Positions 38,846 through 48,227 of a stretch of 64,000 nucleotides of DNA are shown here, piece after piece. The stretch lies in contig JBHIFJ010000005.1 in NCBI GenBank assembly GCA_046761045.1, positions 2,361-66,360 of the forward strand, read 5' to 3'. The first letter of the stretch is position 1; each line of letters starts with the position of its first letter. Below the pieces are notes generated by a model. That model was not told the origin of the DNA. It did no database searches and worked only from the letters and a program-made list of their open reading frames with translations. Source of the DNA: Thermoplasmata archaeon. GTDB taxonomy: Archaea; Thermoplasmatota; Thermoplasmata; RBG-16-68-12; JAGMCJ01. The translations under genes were made by a program, and so were the position numbers.

Positions 38846-39316
38846 ATGATGCTTACAATCGATGGGTGGAAGTCAAAGATAAGATTCTCCGCATCACACA
38901 TCGTCCCGACCTCCGAGAAGTGCGAGAGGCTTCACGGGCACGATTACGCTGTCCACATGAATGTCGAGGGGGAGCCAGATTCCACCGGCATGATCATGGA
39001 TTTCACGATCCTCAAGAGAACGCTCAGGAAGATCGTCGAGGAGCTGGATCACAGGATTCTCCTTCCCGCCAGGAGTTCTGTGCTGAAGATCGAGGAGGGC
39101 AGCACTGTGCGCGTCACGGTTCGTGACAAGGGATACAGCTTTCCGCCCGAGGACGTCAGAATCCTCGACATCGGGGCAGCCAGCGCTGAATATCTGGCGC
39201 AATACATACTGAAGAGAGTGGCGGATGAAATCAACATACCAGAGAATGTTGGCAGGATCAGCATCGGGGTTGATGAGGGGCCCGGACAAGGCGCATGGGC
39301 ATCGATGAGCCTGTAG
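38846..39316 (+). CDS. queD: 6-carboxy-5,6,7,8-tetrahydropterin synthase (QueD / PTPS family).
   Basis: Motifs ...FSASH...CERLHGHDY... Confidence 0.75.
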   Translation: MMLTIDGWKSKIRFSASHIVPTSEKCERLHGHDYAVHMNVEGEPDSTGMIMDFTILKRTLRKIVEELDHRILLPARSSVLKIEEGSTVRVTVRDKGYSFPPEDVRILDIGAASAEYLAQYILKRVADEINIPENVGRISIGVDEGPGQGAWASMSL

Positions 39317-39378
39317 ATGCCCTCAGATCGCCTCCAGAGAAGAAAGCTTTATGCCAACACACTCGATTCACACCTGTG

Positions 39379-40059
39379 ATGAACAAGTCCATAGTTCTGC
39401 TTTCGGGGGGATTGGACTCGGCGACGACCCTGGCAATCGCCAGGGAGGAGAACGACGAGGTCTATGCCCTAACGTTCGATTATGGCCAGAGACACCGCAA
39501 GGAGGTGGAGCTGGCAAAGGCGATCGCTGATCAGCTAGGTGTGAAGGAGCACAAGGTCATGGAGATCAGGCTCGATGAAATCGGCGGCTCATCGCTGACC
39601 GATCAGAATGAGCCCATACCCGACTTCAGGGATTACGACTCGATGAAGGAGGAGATTCCCTCCACATACGTGCCCGCGAGAAACCTCATCTTGCTGGGAT
39701 ACGCCCTCGCCTGGTCCGAGGTCATCGGAGCACAGGCCATCTACATAGGCGCGAACTCACGGGATTACAGCGGCTACCCGGATTGCAGACCCAACTTCTA
39801 CAAAGCCTTTCAGAGAGCCGCTGAGCTGGGCACGAAGTCAGGGATTGAGAAGCGGGGCGTCCAGATTCGGCACCCGCTCATCAACATGAGGAAAGCGGAC
39901 ATAATCAGGAAGGGAAGGGATCTCGGGGTTCCGTTCGAGCTCACTTGGAGCTGCTACAGGGGCGGTGAGAGACCCTGCGGAAAGTGCGACTCCTGCAGAA
40001 TAAGGCTGAAGGGATTCGCCGAAGCAGGATTGGACGATCCTCTGGAGTACGAGGGATAG
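39379..40059 (+). CDS. queC: 7-cyano-7-deazaguanine synthase QueC.
   Basis: SGGLDS PP-loop. C-terminal zinc ligands CGKCDSCRIRLKGF. The start is at MNKSIVLLSGG. Confidence 0.85.
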   Translation: MNKSIVLLSGGLDSATTLAIAREENDEVYALTFDYGQRHRKEVELAKAIADQLGVKEHKVMEIRLDEIGGSSLTDQNEPIPDFRDYDSMKEEIPSTYVPARNLILLGYALAWSEVIGAQAIYIGANSRDYSGYPDCRPNFYKAFQRAAELGTKSGIEKRGVQIRHPLINMRKADIIRKGRDLGVPFELTWSCYRGGERPCGKCDSCRIRLKGFAEAGLDDPLEYEG

Positions 40060-40082
40060 GCCAAAGCTCTGGATGTCGAGAG

Positions 40083-40712
40083 ATGATAATCAACGAGATC
40101 TTCAAATCCCTCCAGGGCGAGGGCATCGAGATCGGCGTGCCAACTGTGTTCGTGAGGATAACGGGCTGCCCTCTGAGATGCAGCTGGTGCGACCAGCAGG
40201 ACGCTTGGGTGGAGGGCAAGTCCATGAGTGTGGACGAGGTCCTGAACGAGGTCGCAAGGCACAGCTGCCCCTATGTCTGCGTCACGGGCGGGGAACCCCT
40301 CGCTCAGGACGATTCCATCACCCTCATCTCGCATCTGCTAGATGCGGGCTACATGGTCTCCGTCGAGACCGGCGGGTCTGAGTCCCTGCAGGAGCTGCCG
40401 TGCTCGGAGAGCCTCATGGTGAGCCTTGACATAAAATGCCCGTCCTCGGGGATGCATGGGAGGATGGATCTCTCGAACATCGAGCTCCTCGCCCCTTCGG
40501 ACCAGCTCAAGTTCGTCATCGCAGATGAGGAGGACTATGCCTACGCGAAGTCGGTAATCGAGAAATACGCACCGCAGTGCAGCATAGTGATGCAACCCGT
40601 GGGCGGGAAGGACCTGAGGTGGCTCGCTGAGCAGGTTCTCAGGGACAATCTCAGGGTGCGAGTGCTTCCCCAGCTCCACAAAGTGATATGGGGCGAAAGG
40701 AGGGGTGTCTAG
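40083..40712 (+). CDS. queE: 7-carboxy-7-deazaguanine synthase QueE (radical SAM).
   Basis: CPLRCSWCD cluster motif...GGEPL. The start is at MIINEIFKSLQGEG. Confidence 0.85.
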   Translation: MIINEIFKSLQGEGIEIGVPTVFVRITGCPLRCSWCDQQDAWVEGKSMSVDEVLNEVARHSCPYVCVTGGEPLAQDDSITLISHLLDAGYMVSVETGGSESLQELPCSESLMVSLDIKCPSSGMHGRMDLSNIELLAPSDQLKFVIADEEDYAYAKSVIEKYAPQCSIVMQPVGGKDLRWLAEQVLRDNLRVRVLPQLHKVIWGERRGV

Positions 40713-41515
40713 GCCCCTACCCACACGTTCCCCTTTGCCTTCTTGACCGCCGATATCGCTGAAAGCGCCGCGAGCAGACTCGACTTCGGATTCATGGGTG
40801 ACGGAAGGTTCCTGCAACTGACCTCAATCTCTCCTATCTCCCCCTTCACGAGAAGCCTGTGCGTGTTTCTTCTGGCGGATGGGTCGGCAACCAACCTGAC
40901 CTTCGTCTTCTCGAACCCGATGCCAGCGAGGCTCACCGTTGCGGCGACGTTTATGTTTCTGGGGAAGTATCTCACGGCGTCTCGCGCGTGGCCCTCGAAG
41001 ATTATGGTCGCCCGCTGAATCGAATCGAGATCGATTTGCCTCTCCTCTAGGTACCTGACTCCCTTGAAGGCCATCGGGGGCTTATAGGTGATGAGAAGCA
41101 CCTCCTCGATGTTTCCGCAGGATGCCGCGGCGAGGCCGTCTATTCCAGCGAGAGCCCCGGAGGGGATGTAGACCTTGCACTTGTTCTTCTTCGCGATGAG
41201 CCGGCACTTCGCCCTGAACTCATCATCGACCAGCGCTCCCACGCTCATGACAAGGACGTCCTTCCCCCTATCGAGGGCCATCGGGACGTACTTGCGAGCC
41301 GCGTCCTGGGAGGCCGCTTCAATGACCATATCCACCTTTTCCATGATGTCCTTCGGCTCCCTCTGATATCGTATTCGGGTCGAGGATTGGATGAGTTTCC
41401 TGGCCTTCTCCTTCTTCTTGTCGGAGATGTAGATGACATCGATGTCTTCCATCTGTTCCAGTGCCCTGGCGAGCTCCGACCCGATGGTCCCGCAGCCGAT
41501 TATGTTGACTTTCAT
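40709..41515 (-). CDS. nadX: L-aspartate dehydrogenase (NadX-like).
   Basis: MKVNIIGCGTIGSELA Rossmann start. The ~268 aa size fits the family. Confidence 0.65.
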   Translation of the reverse strand: MKVNIIGCGTIGSELARALEQMEDIDVIYISDKKKEKARKLIQSSTRIRYQREPKDIMEKVDMVIEAASQDAARKYVPMALDRGKDVLVMSVGALVDDEFRAKCRLIAKKNKCKVYIPSGALAGIDGLAAASCGNIEEVLLITYKPPMAFKGVRYLEERQIDLDSIQRATIIFEGHARDAVRYFPRNINVAATVSLAGIGFEKTKVRLVADPSARRNTHRLLVKGEIGEIEVSCRNLPSPMNPKSSLLAALSAISAVKKAKGNVWVGA

Positions 41516-41634
41516 CGATATCCCGCCCAAACGATAAGTGCCCCGATAATAAAGCTAACGGATTGGCTATCAGGCACCAAAGGAAAGCCTCAATAGGCAA
41601 ATAGGGGATACTCTGCCTCAGAGAGTGGAAGCGA

Positions 41635-42042
41635 ATGAAGGAATTCGAGTTTATCGATCACACGGCCGATGTGGCGGTGAAGGCCTACGGCAAGGACCTG
41701 AACGAGATATTCGAGAACGCCGCCCTGGGCATGTTCAACGTGATGACCGACACCTCAACGGTTAGGAGCGTCGGTGAATACAAGGTTGAGGTGGAATCTA
41801 ATAACCTGGAGGGCCTGATGGTCGATTGGCTCTCTGAGTTGCTGTTCCTCTTCGATACCCAGGAGGTCTTCCTCAGCGAGTTCGACGTGGAGATCGAGGG
41901 GAACAAGCTGACCGCGTCGGTGAGGGGAGAGAAGATGGACAAGGAAAGGCATCCGCTGAAATCCGATGTCAAGGCGGCGACGTACCATATGCTCGAGATT
42001 GACATGGAGAAGGGATATGCAATCGTGCTCCTGGACATATGA
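41635..42042 (+). CDS. Archease (RtcB tRNA-ligase activator).
   Basis: MKEFEFIDHTADVAVKAYGKDLNEIFENAALGMFNVMTD...HMLEIDMEKG. Confidence 0.8.
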   Translation: MKEFEFIDHTADVAVKAYGKDLNEIFENAALGMFNVMTDTSTVRSVGEYKVEVESNNLEGLMVDWLSELLFLFDTQEVFLSEFDVEIEGNKLTASVRGEKMDKERHPLKSDVKAATYHMLEIDMEKGYAIVLLDI

Positions 42043-42797
42043 GTGAGAGAATGATGAGAGGGGTGACCTTCGACCTGTGGCACACGGTCCTCGAGGAACC
42101 CATGGAGAATTTTGGCGAGTTCCTCAGGGAGAAAAGGGCAAACGCGATGAGGGATGTCTTCGCCGAATACGGCCTTGTCCTGCCCTTGAAGGAGATCGAG
42201 CGGGCCTACGATGTCCAGGGCCAGAGACTCTGGGAGATCTGGAACAGAGGATTGGACATCGATCAGAATGCCCAGATCGGAATAATCCTCTCGGAGCTCG
42301 GAATCACTGCCGACCAGGTGGACGAGGCTCTCCTCGAGAGTCTCCTGAGGCCGTACAATGATGCACTTTCCATTGTCCCGCCCACTCCATTTGAGGGGGC
42401 CAAGGAGCTCCTCGGGAAGCTGAGGGAGAGAGGAATCGCACTGGCAATCATATCCAACACGGGACGCACGGGGGGCGATTTCTTCCGGGAGCTGATGAAA
42501 TCATACGGCTTGGCGGGCTATTTTGATGGGATGACCTTTTCGAACGAGGTTGGAATCAGGAAGCCCAACAAGGAAATCTTCCTGCGGACACTGGAGCAGA
42601 TAGACGTGAAACCCGACGAAGCCATGCATATCGGTGATAGCCCCGACACGGACATCGCCGGTGCCAAGAACGTGGGGATGGTGGGCGTTCTCCTGCTGGT
42701 GCCAGGACGGAATCCCGACAGAGGCGATGCTGACTTCATCGTCTCCGAGCTCCCGGATGTTCTGGGCATCGTAGAGGAGCTGGAGGGTGCGTATTGA
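42039..42797 (+). CDS. HAD-superfamily hydrolase (subfamily IA-like).
   Basis: Motif I VTFDLWHTVL, motif II SNTGRT, motif IV GDSPDTDIAGA. Confidence 0.65.
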   Translation: MSERMMRGVTFDLWHTVLEEPMENFGEFLREKRANAMRDVFAEYGLVLPLKEIERAYDVQGQRLWEIWNRGLDIDQNAQIGIILSELGITADQVDEALLESLLRPYNDALSIVPPTPFEGAKELLGKLRERGIALAIISNTGRTGGDFFRELMKSYGLAGYFDGMTFSNEVGIRKPNKEIFLRTLEQIDVKPDEAMHIGDSPDTDIAGAKNVGMVGVLLLVPGRNPDRGDADFIVSELPDVLGIVEELEGAY

Positions 42798-43753
42798 AGG
42801 CCTCCGCGATCGCCCATCCCATCCAGGGGCTGATAAAGTATCACGGTCTGCAGGATGAAAGACTCCGGCTTCCGTTCCATGATTCCATCAGCGTATGCAC
42901 GGCGCCCCTTGCCACGCACACGACGATCGAGTTCGGTGACTTCGAGTCCAGCAGTGCAGAGATAGGAGATGAGCGCGTCTCGGGCAGGGAACTCGAGAGG
43001 ATCTCGGACGTCGTAAGTGCCGCCCTCCAACACGCTGGAGCGGACCTGAAATTCAGGATGAAATCCGTGAACAACTTCTCTACCAACATCGGCCTGGGAG
43101 CCTCCTCATCAGGCTTCGCGGCGCTCGCCCTTGCCAGCTGCAGAGCGCTCGGACTCGAGCTGAGCGACAGGGATATCTCACGGATCGCGAGAAGAGGGGC
43201 CGCATCCGCCGCGCGGTCCGTGACAGGTGCGTTCTCCAGGCTCAGGAGTGGCGTCGGGGACGAGGACACCTATTCCTACCAGATCAGATCAGAGGACCTT
43301 CGGATGGGCATCATAGTCGCACTTGTTCCCGCATTCAAGAAGACGGAAGACGCTCACCGAGAGGCTCCATCCTCTCCCTTCTTCGATTCAAGGGTGGCCG
43401 AGATGCCAAGGATGATCGATGAGATGGAGCTCGCGATCAGAAATGGGGAGGTCGGAAGGATATGCGAACTCGCAGAGAGGGACACGCTCATGCTCCATGG
43501 AATAACGATGACAGGCGCTACGGAGATGCTGCTCTGGAGACCGGAAACGCTGAGCGTGATCCTGAAGGTCAGGGACATGCGGGAGAGGGAAATACCCGCC
43601 TTCTTCTCGATAGACACAGGTGCGACCGTCTATGTCAATACATTCCCGGACAGAGTGGGTGAAGTCAGGGCGGAGATCGAGGATCTGAGCATCGAGACGA
43701 TGGAGTGCCACGTGGGGGGACCAGCAAGAGAGGTCGCAGACCATCTGTTCTGA
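42794..43753 (+). CDS. Mevalonate (di/mono/bis-)phosphate decarboxylase-family GHMP enzyme.
   Basis: N-terminus ASAIAHPIQGLIKYHGLQDERLRLPFHDSISVCT matches the MVD-family signature (..NIALIKYWGKRD..LP.N.S.S). A glycine-rich ATP loop NIGLGASSSGFAALALA is also present. Confidence 0.65.
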   Translation: MKASAIAHPIQGLIKYHGLQDERLRLPFHDSISVCTAPLATHTTIEFGDFESSSAEIGDERVSGRELERISDVVSAALQHAGADLKFRMKSVNNFSTNIGLGASSSGFAALALASCRALGLELSDRDISRIARRGAASAARSVTGAFSRLRSGVGDEDTYSYQIRSEDLRMGIIVALVPAFKKTEDAHREAPSSPFFDSRVAEMPRMIDEMELAIRNGEVGRICELAERDTLMLHGITMTGATEMLLWRPETLSVILKVRDMREREIPAFFSIDTGATVYVNTFPDRVGEVRAEIEDLSIETMECHVGGPAREVADHLF

Positions 43754-43940
43754 GAATAAGCGGGAGGCCGAGCCAACGTCGGCCTCTTTCCACCACCCCA
43801 GTTTTAGGTGATGGGGAGCACCGTGACCTTTGCTGAGGAGGAAACCGATCTGGACAGATATTAATCTTTCGGCCGCCAGTCAGGGTCAGCGCAAGGCACA
43901 AAGCGGTAAGAATATAGTGTCGAGACCGTTTCCCTGAGAC

Positions 43941-44579
43941 GTGAGAATAGTCGTCCTCGGCCCGCCAAGTTCGGGAAAGGGAACACAGGCCTCGACCCTT
44001 GCAGAGGAGTATGGTCTGCCTCACATCTCGACGGGAGACATCCTCAGGAGCGAGGTCGACAGGAACACGGAGCTGGGACAGGCAGTCGCATCGTACATGG
44101 CGAACGGAAAGCTCGTTCCAGATGATCTCGTTATCAAGATGATGATGGAAAGGCTCTCTCGGGGGGATTGCGCTCGGGGTTTCATTCTCGATGGCTTTCC
44201 GCGAACGCCTGCGCAGGCCGAGGCCCTCGACGACGGGTTTCCGGTCGATGTGGTTCTATACATAGACGTCGCCGAGGACGAGATCATCAGGCGGGCCACA
44301 GGTAGGCGGGTCTGCAAGAGCTGCGGGGCGATATACCACATCGAGTTCAACCCACCGAAGATTGCGGGGACCTGCGATGTCTGCGGCTCCAAGCTCAGCA
44401 TACGAAGGGATGATGTGGAGTCAACGGTCAGGGGCAGACTGGACATATACCGAGAGATGACTGCACCCCTGAAGAAAAGGTATGCCGATATCCTCGTGTG
44501 CATCGACGGAAACGGCACTCCAAAGGAGACTCTCGCAAGGGCGAAGATGGCACTGGCAGGGATTGGCAATAACGTATAA
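43941..44579 (+). CDS. adk: Adenylate kinase (long, bacterial-type with a Zn-ribbon lid).
   Basis: P-loop GPPSSGKGTQ. Lid cysteines CKSCGAIYH...CDVCGSKL. Confidence 0.85.
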   Translation: MRIVVLGPPSSGKGTQASTLAEEYGLPHISTGDILRSEVDRNTELGQAVASYMANGKLVPDDLVIKMMMERLSRGDCARGFILDGFPRTPAQAEALDDGFPVDVVLYIDVAEDEIIRRATGRRVCKSCGAIYHIEFNPPKIAGTCDVCGSKLSIRRDDVESTVRGRLDIYREMTAPLKKRYADILVCIDGNGTPKETLARAKMALAGIGNNV

Positions 44580-44615
44580 ATATCGTCTAACCGTTGGTGA
44601 GTACAGTGGTTTGCC

Positions 44616-44996
44616 GTGGACGATTTTGCCTGGCGGGTTCTGAACACGGCGGCTAAGAGAGGGTACTTCGGGGCCTCCAGGGAGGATTTCTTTGCCGAGA
44701 TAAGGGGTGTCAGATACAAGGAGCTTGAGGAAACCGTAAAGTCTCTCGAGCAGGACGGCCTCGTGGAGGTCGAATGGACTGGACCCAACAAGTTCGTCGT
44801 CAACATCACCGAAAAGGGCAACGATATGGTCAAGAGCGAGTACAAGAAGCGGCTCGCGGAATATGAGAGGAAGATCGAGGAGCAAAGGGCAGCTGCTGGG
44901 GATTCTGAAGCCCTGTTCCAGTGCGGAAACTGCAATACTTTGGTGAGTCAGGACGCGAAGGTATGCCCCAAATGCGGCTCGAAGTTCGCCGAATAG
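44616..44996 (+). CDS. Small winged-helix protein with a C-terminal Zn ribbon (CxxC...CxxC).
   Basis: 126 aa with a GTG start. Its C-terminus reads FQCGNCNTLVSQDAKVCPKCGSKF. Confidence 0.45.
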   Translation: MDDFAWRVLNTAAKRGYFGASREDFFAEIRGVRYKELEETVKSLEQDGLVEVEWTGPNKFVVNITEKGNDMVKSEYKKRLAEYERKIEEQRAAAGDSEALFQCGNCNTLVSQDAKVCPKCGSKFAE

Positions 44997-45890
44997 CTAG
45001 CTGAATGCCTCCGCAAGAGCCTGGTCCTTTCTCCACTTCTCCTCTGCGAACTTCTGAAGGATCTCTATCTGCTCCTTCGTCATGTGTCTGAACCTGCCCT
45101 GAAGCCTCAGATACTCCTCGACCGGAGTCATCTTCGGCTTCTTGTTGATGGTCATCTTCCCGTCCTCGAACTCGTACAGAGTCCAGAGACCCGTCTCAAC
45201 CACCAGCTTGGAGACCTTGGGGCCGAGGCTCGAGTCCATCCGCCAGCCCGGCGGGCACGGGGAGTATATCTGCAGGTATCTGAACACGCCCTTCTTGTTC
45301 TTCGCCTTTTCGAGCTTCTTCAGGAGATCGGGTATGTATCCCAGCGTCGCTGTGGCAACGTAGGGGGCGTCATGGGCGATCATGATTCTCGGGATGTCCT
45401 TCTTGTACTCGTCCTTTCCGGCCTCCACCCGCCCGATGGGCGTCGTCGTCGTCCACGCGCCAAAGGGCGTCGCTCCGCTTCTCTGGATCCCAGTGTTCAT
45501 GTACGCCTCGTTGTCGTAGCAGACGTATATGATGTCCTCGTTCCTCTCCGCGGCTCCGGAGAGTGCCTGGATCCCGATATCGGCTGTCCCGCCATCCCCG
45601 GCAAAGGCGACGACGTTGGTATCCGTCTTGCCGAGCCTCTTCAGCGCCCTGCTGATTCCTGCAGCGCAGATCGCGGAGTTCTCGAACAGGACATGGAGAT
45701 AGGGCACCCTGAAGGAATTGAGCGGGTAGGTCCCTCCGAAGACGAGCAGACAGTTCGCCGGGAAGTATGTTATCGTGTCAGGACCGAACACCTTCATGGC
45801 GATCCTGGCAATCGTTGCAGCACCGCAACCCGGACAGGCCGTGTGCCCGCTCACAAACCAATCCTCTTCGGGAAGATCCTTCATTTTCAT
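44997..45890 (-). CDS. porB: Pyruvate:ferredoxin oxidoreductase beta subunit (TPP-binding).
   Basis: GHTACPGCG...GDGGTADIG TPP motif. The start is at MKMKDLPEEDWF. Confidence 0.85.
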   Translation of the reverse strand: MKMKDLPEEDWFVSGHTACPGCGAATIARIAMKVFGPDTITYFPANCLLVFGGTYPLNSFRVPYLHVLFENSAICAAGISRALKRLGKTDTNVVAFAGDGGTADIGIQALSGAAERNEDIIYVCYDNEAYMNTGIQRSGATPFGAWTTTTPIGRVEAGKDEYKKDIPRIMIAHDAPYVATATLGYIPDLLKKLEKAKNKKGVFRYLQIYSPCPPGWRMDSSLGPKVSKLVVETGLWTLYEFEDGKMTINKKPKMTPVEEYLRLQGRFRHMTKEQIEILQKFAEEKWRKDQALAEAFS

Positions 45891-47074
45891 GGCTCCACCC
45901 CCCTCGTACCGATCCACGCAACCTCCTTGTCTGCACGCCCTTTCTTGGCTGCTTCGAGGGTCCTGTCAAGCATGAGCTTGATATCCTTCACCATGACGTC
46001 CCTGCCGCCTAGGCCAGCGAGGAATCCAAGAACGGGAATCGTGGAGTGCCCGTAGAGCGCGCTCTTCGTATCCACATAGTTCGGCCCGCCCAGGCCGAAG
46101 GACATTGCCCTGTCATAGACGCCCAGGGCCTTGACCCTGGACGCGATGTCCCTGATGATCTCCTTCGGATATGGCCGGAACCACCTCATCTTCACAAGCC
46201 CGATGGCCTTGCCCTGTTCTCTGTACTCGTCGACGACATCCCTCGCCGTCGAGGAGACCGTCCCCAGAGTTATCAGGGCGGCCTCGGCATCGTCCATGCG
46301 ATATTCCTCCACCGCTCCTCCATAGTCGCGACCGAATTTCCTCGCAAACTCGTCGTTGACCTCCTCAATCACTCCCTTTGCGTTCTGGAAGCTCTCCTCG
46401 GTCTGGTATCTGAACTCCTGGATGTATTCGGGGGATGAGAATGACCCAACGACCATCGGGTCCTCCGACCTCAGGTAGGTATGCCTCGGGTCATATCGAG
46501 GAAGGAACTCGTCGACGTCCTTCTGGTCGGGGAACTCCACTGGTTCCACGGTGTGGGAGAGAATGAATGCGTCCAGATTCACCATTGCCGGTAGCAAGAC
46601 CTTGCCGTTCTCGGCGAGCCTGTACGCCTGGATGACCATGTCGAGGACCTCTTGGTTGTTCTCCACATAGCACTGCATCCAACCGCTGTCCCTCTCCGCC
46701 ATGGTGTCGTTGTGCTCGCACCATATGCCGATTGGAGATGCGATTGTCCTGTTGACTACTGGCATCACTATCGAAAGATGAAGACCGCCCGCCACGTACA
46801 GCACCTCGTGCATCAGTGCGAGACCCTGCGAGGATGTGGCCGTGAAGGTCCTGACGCCGGTCGCAGACGCCGCAACGCAGGCGCTCATGGCACTGTGCTC
46901 GCTCTCGACGGCCATGTACTCGGCATCCAGCATACCGTCGTTGATGAACTCGGAGATGTGCTCCACGATGAATGTCTGTGGCGTTATGGGATACGCGGCT
47001 ATCACCTCTGCCCGCGAAAGCAGCGCTCCGTATGCCGCCGCGTAGTTCCCCGTGACAACCCTTCTGTCGACCAT
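45887..47074 (-). CDS. porA: Pyruvate:ferredoxin oxidoreductase alpha subunit.
   Basis: VVTGNYAAAYGALLSRAEVIAAYPITPQT... The start is at MVDRRVVTGN. Confidence 0.85.
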   Translation of the reverse strand: MVDRRVVTGNYAAAYGALLSRAEVIAAYPITPQTFIVEHISEFINDGMLDAEYMAVESEHSAMSACVAASATGVRTFTATSSQGLALMHEVLYVAGGLHLSIVMPVVNRTIASPIGIWCEHNDTMAERDSGWMQCYVENNQEVLDMVIQAYRLAENGKVLLPAMVNLDAFILSHTVEPVEFPDQKDVDEFLPRYDPRHTYLRSEDPMVVGSFSSPEYIQEFRYQTEESFQNAKGVIEEVNDEFARKFGRDYGGAVEEYRMDDAEAALITLGTVSSTARDVVDEYREQGKAIGLVKMRWFRPYPKEIIRDIASRVKALGVYDRAMSFGLGGPNYVDTKSALYGHSTIPVLGFLAGLGGRDVMVKDIKLMLDRTLEAAKKGRADKEVAWIGTRGVEP

Positions 47075-47973
47075 TATCTCACCATCTCTATCGCATCGAC
47101 TGGGCAGACCTCCGCGCATATCCCGCAGCCCTTGCAGTAGTCCGTATCGAACTTCACCTTCTCCGGAGGCTCCAACCGCCTAATCGCCGAATCAGGACAG
47201 TAGAACCAGCACATCAGGCAGTTCGTGCAGGCCTCCTCGTCGTACTTCGGAGTGAATGTCCTCCAGCTGCCCGTCTTGTTCTCAATCGAACTGCCCGGTC
47301 CGACGAGACCCGCCTCCGTCTTCATTGGCTTTGTGGCAAGGCTCAGCGGCATCTCCTGATATGTCGGAAGCCACTTCTTCGCCTCGGGGTACTTCCTCTC
47401 GCCCTTGCACCTCCCGATCTTCACCCGGTCGTGAGCCACAGCGGCGGCCTTGGCGTTCTTCTTAGCTACATTCTCCCCTATCCTCGGTCCGAAAACATCC
47501 ATGATTCCCTGTTTCACTGAATCCAAGGATATCTGGCGGGTCGCCAACGCAAACGCGCCCAGTATGGCACTGTTCGTGATAGGCATGCCGAGGACCTCGA
47601 GCGCAACTGACGTGGCATCCACCGTCGCTGTCTTGACCGAAATCCCGATGTCCACTTCCTCCGGCTCAAGCGAGGAATTGAGTATTGCCATTCCGTCCGG
47701 AGACAGCCCCTCGGCGATATTGACGAAATCTACCAGCTTGTCGTCGAGCACGACAACGTAATCGGGGCTGTAGACCCTCGTCTTGATGTTTATCTTCTTC
47801 TCATCCACGCGTGTAAATGCGAGCACGGGGGCGCCTCTCCTCTCGGCCCCGAACCACGGGAAGGCGACAGCGTAGTTGCCCTCAACGAAGGCGGCATCGG
47901 CAAGCGCTTGGGCGGCCATCACGGCCCCCTGTCCTCCCCTTCCGTGAAATCTGACTTCGTACACAATCCCCAC
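47074..47973 (-). CDS. porGD: Fused pyruvate:ferredoxin oxidoreductase gamma plus delta (2x[4Fe-4S] ferredoxin) subunit.
   Basis: The N-terminal ~185 aa form the gamma domain (FHGRGGQGAVMAAQ...). The C-terminal part carries CTNCLMCWFYCP and CKGCGICAEVCP clusters. Confidence 0.75.
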   Translation of the reverse strand: MGIVYEVRFHGRGGQGAVMAAQALADAAFVEGNYAVAFPWFGAERRGAPVLAFTRVDEKKINIKTRVYSPDYVVVLDDKLVDFVNIAEGLSPDGMAILNSSLEPEEVDIGISVKTATVDATSVALEVLGMPITNSAILGAFALATRQISLDSVKQGIMDVFGPRIGENVAKKNAKAAAVAHDRVKIGRCKGERKYPEAKKWLPTYQEMPLSLATKPMKTEAGLVGPGSSIENKTGSWRTFTPKYDEEACTNCLMCWFYCPDSAIRRLEPPEKVKFDTDYCKGCGICAEVCPVDAIEMVR

Positions 47974-48122
47974 CTCCGGGGAACAAGCTCTATGCAGGTT
48001 CTGAACATAAAGCTTGCGTGTCAGGTCATGGAGCTGACGGTTCCTCTATAAGAGGTGAAGGATTTCGTCAGAGACGCCGCACATCACTCAAACGGCTTCC
48101 GATGATTTCGGCGGGCGAAACA

Positions 48123-48131
48123 AATTAAAGG
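48123..48131 (+). promoter_or_regulatory. Candidate TATA box for the tRNA gene.
   Basis: The sequence aaattaaag lies ~25 nt upstream of the tRNA 5' end. Confidence 0.35.
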
Positions 48132-48153
48132 TTGCGAAACATGACGAGGGCAG

Positions 48154-48227
48154 GCCCGAGTGGGGTAGCTTGGATATCCTAGAAGCCTGCGGAGCTTCGG
48201 ACCCGGATTCAAATTCCGGCTCGGGCA
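48154..48227 (+). tRNA. tRNA-Arg (anticodon GCG). CCA is not encoded.
   Basis: Hand-folded as follows. Acceptor GCCCGAG/CTCGGGC. D-stem GGGT/ATCC with a GG-containing D-loop. Anticodon stem GAAGC/GCTTC with loop CTGCGGA. Variable loop GGAC. T-stem CCGGA/TCCGG with T-loop TTCAAAT. Discriminator A. There are 2 nt between the D and anticodon stems, so the exact boundaries need tRNAscan. Confidence 0.7.

Noticed and set aside
44021-44935. 304 aa minus-strand ORF.
   Set aside because: It is antisense to adenylate kinase and the wH/Zn-ribbon gene. Its composition is Ser/Leu-rich and low in complexity.
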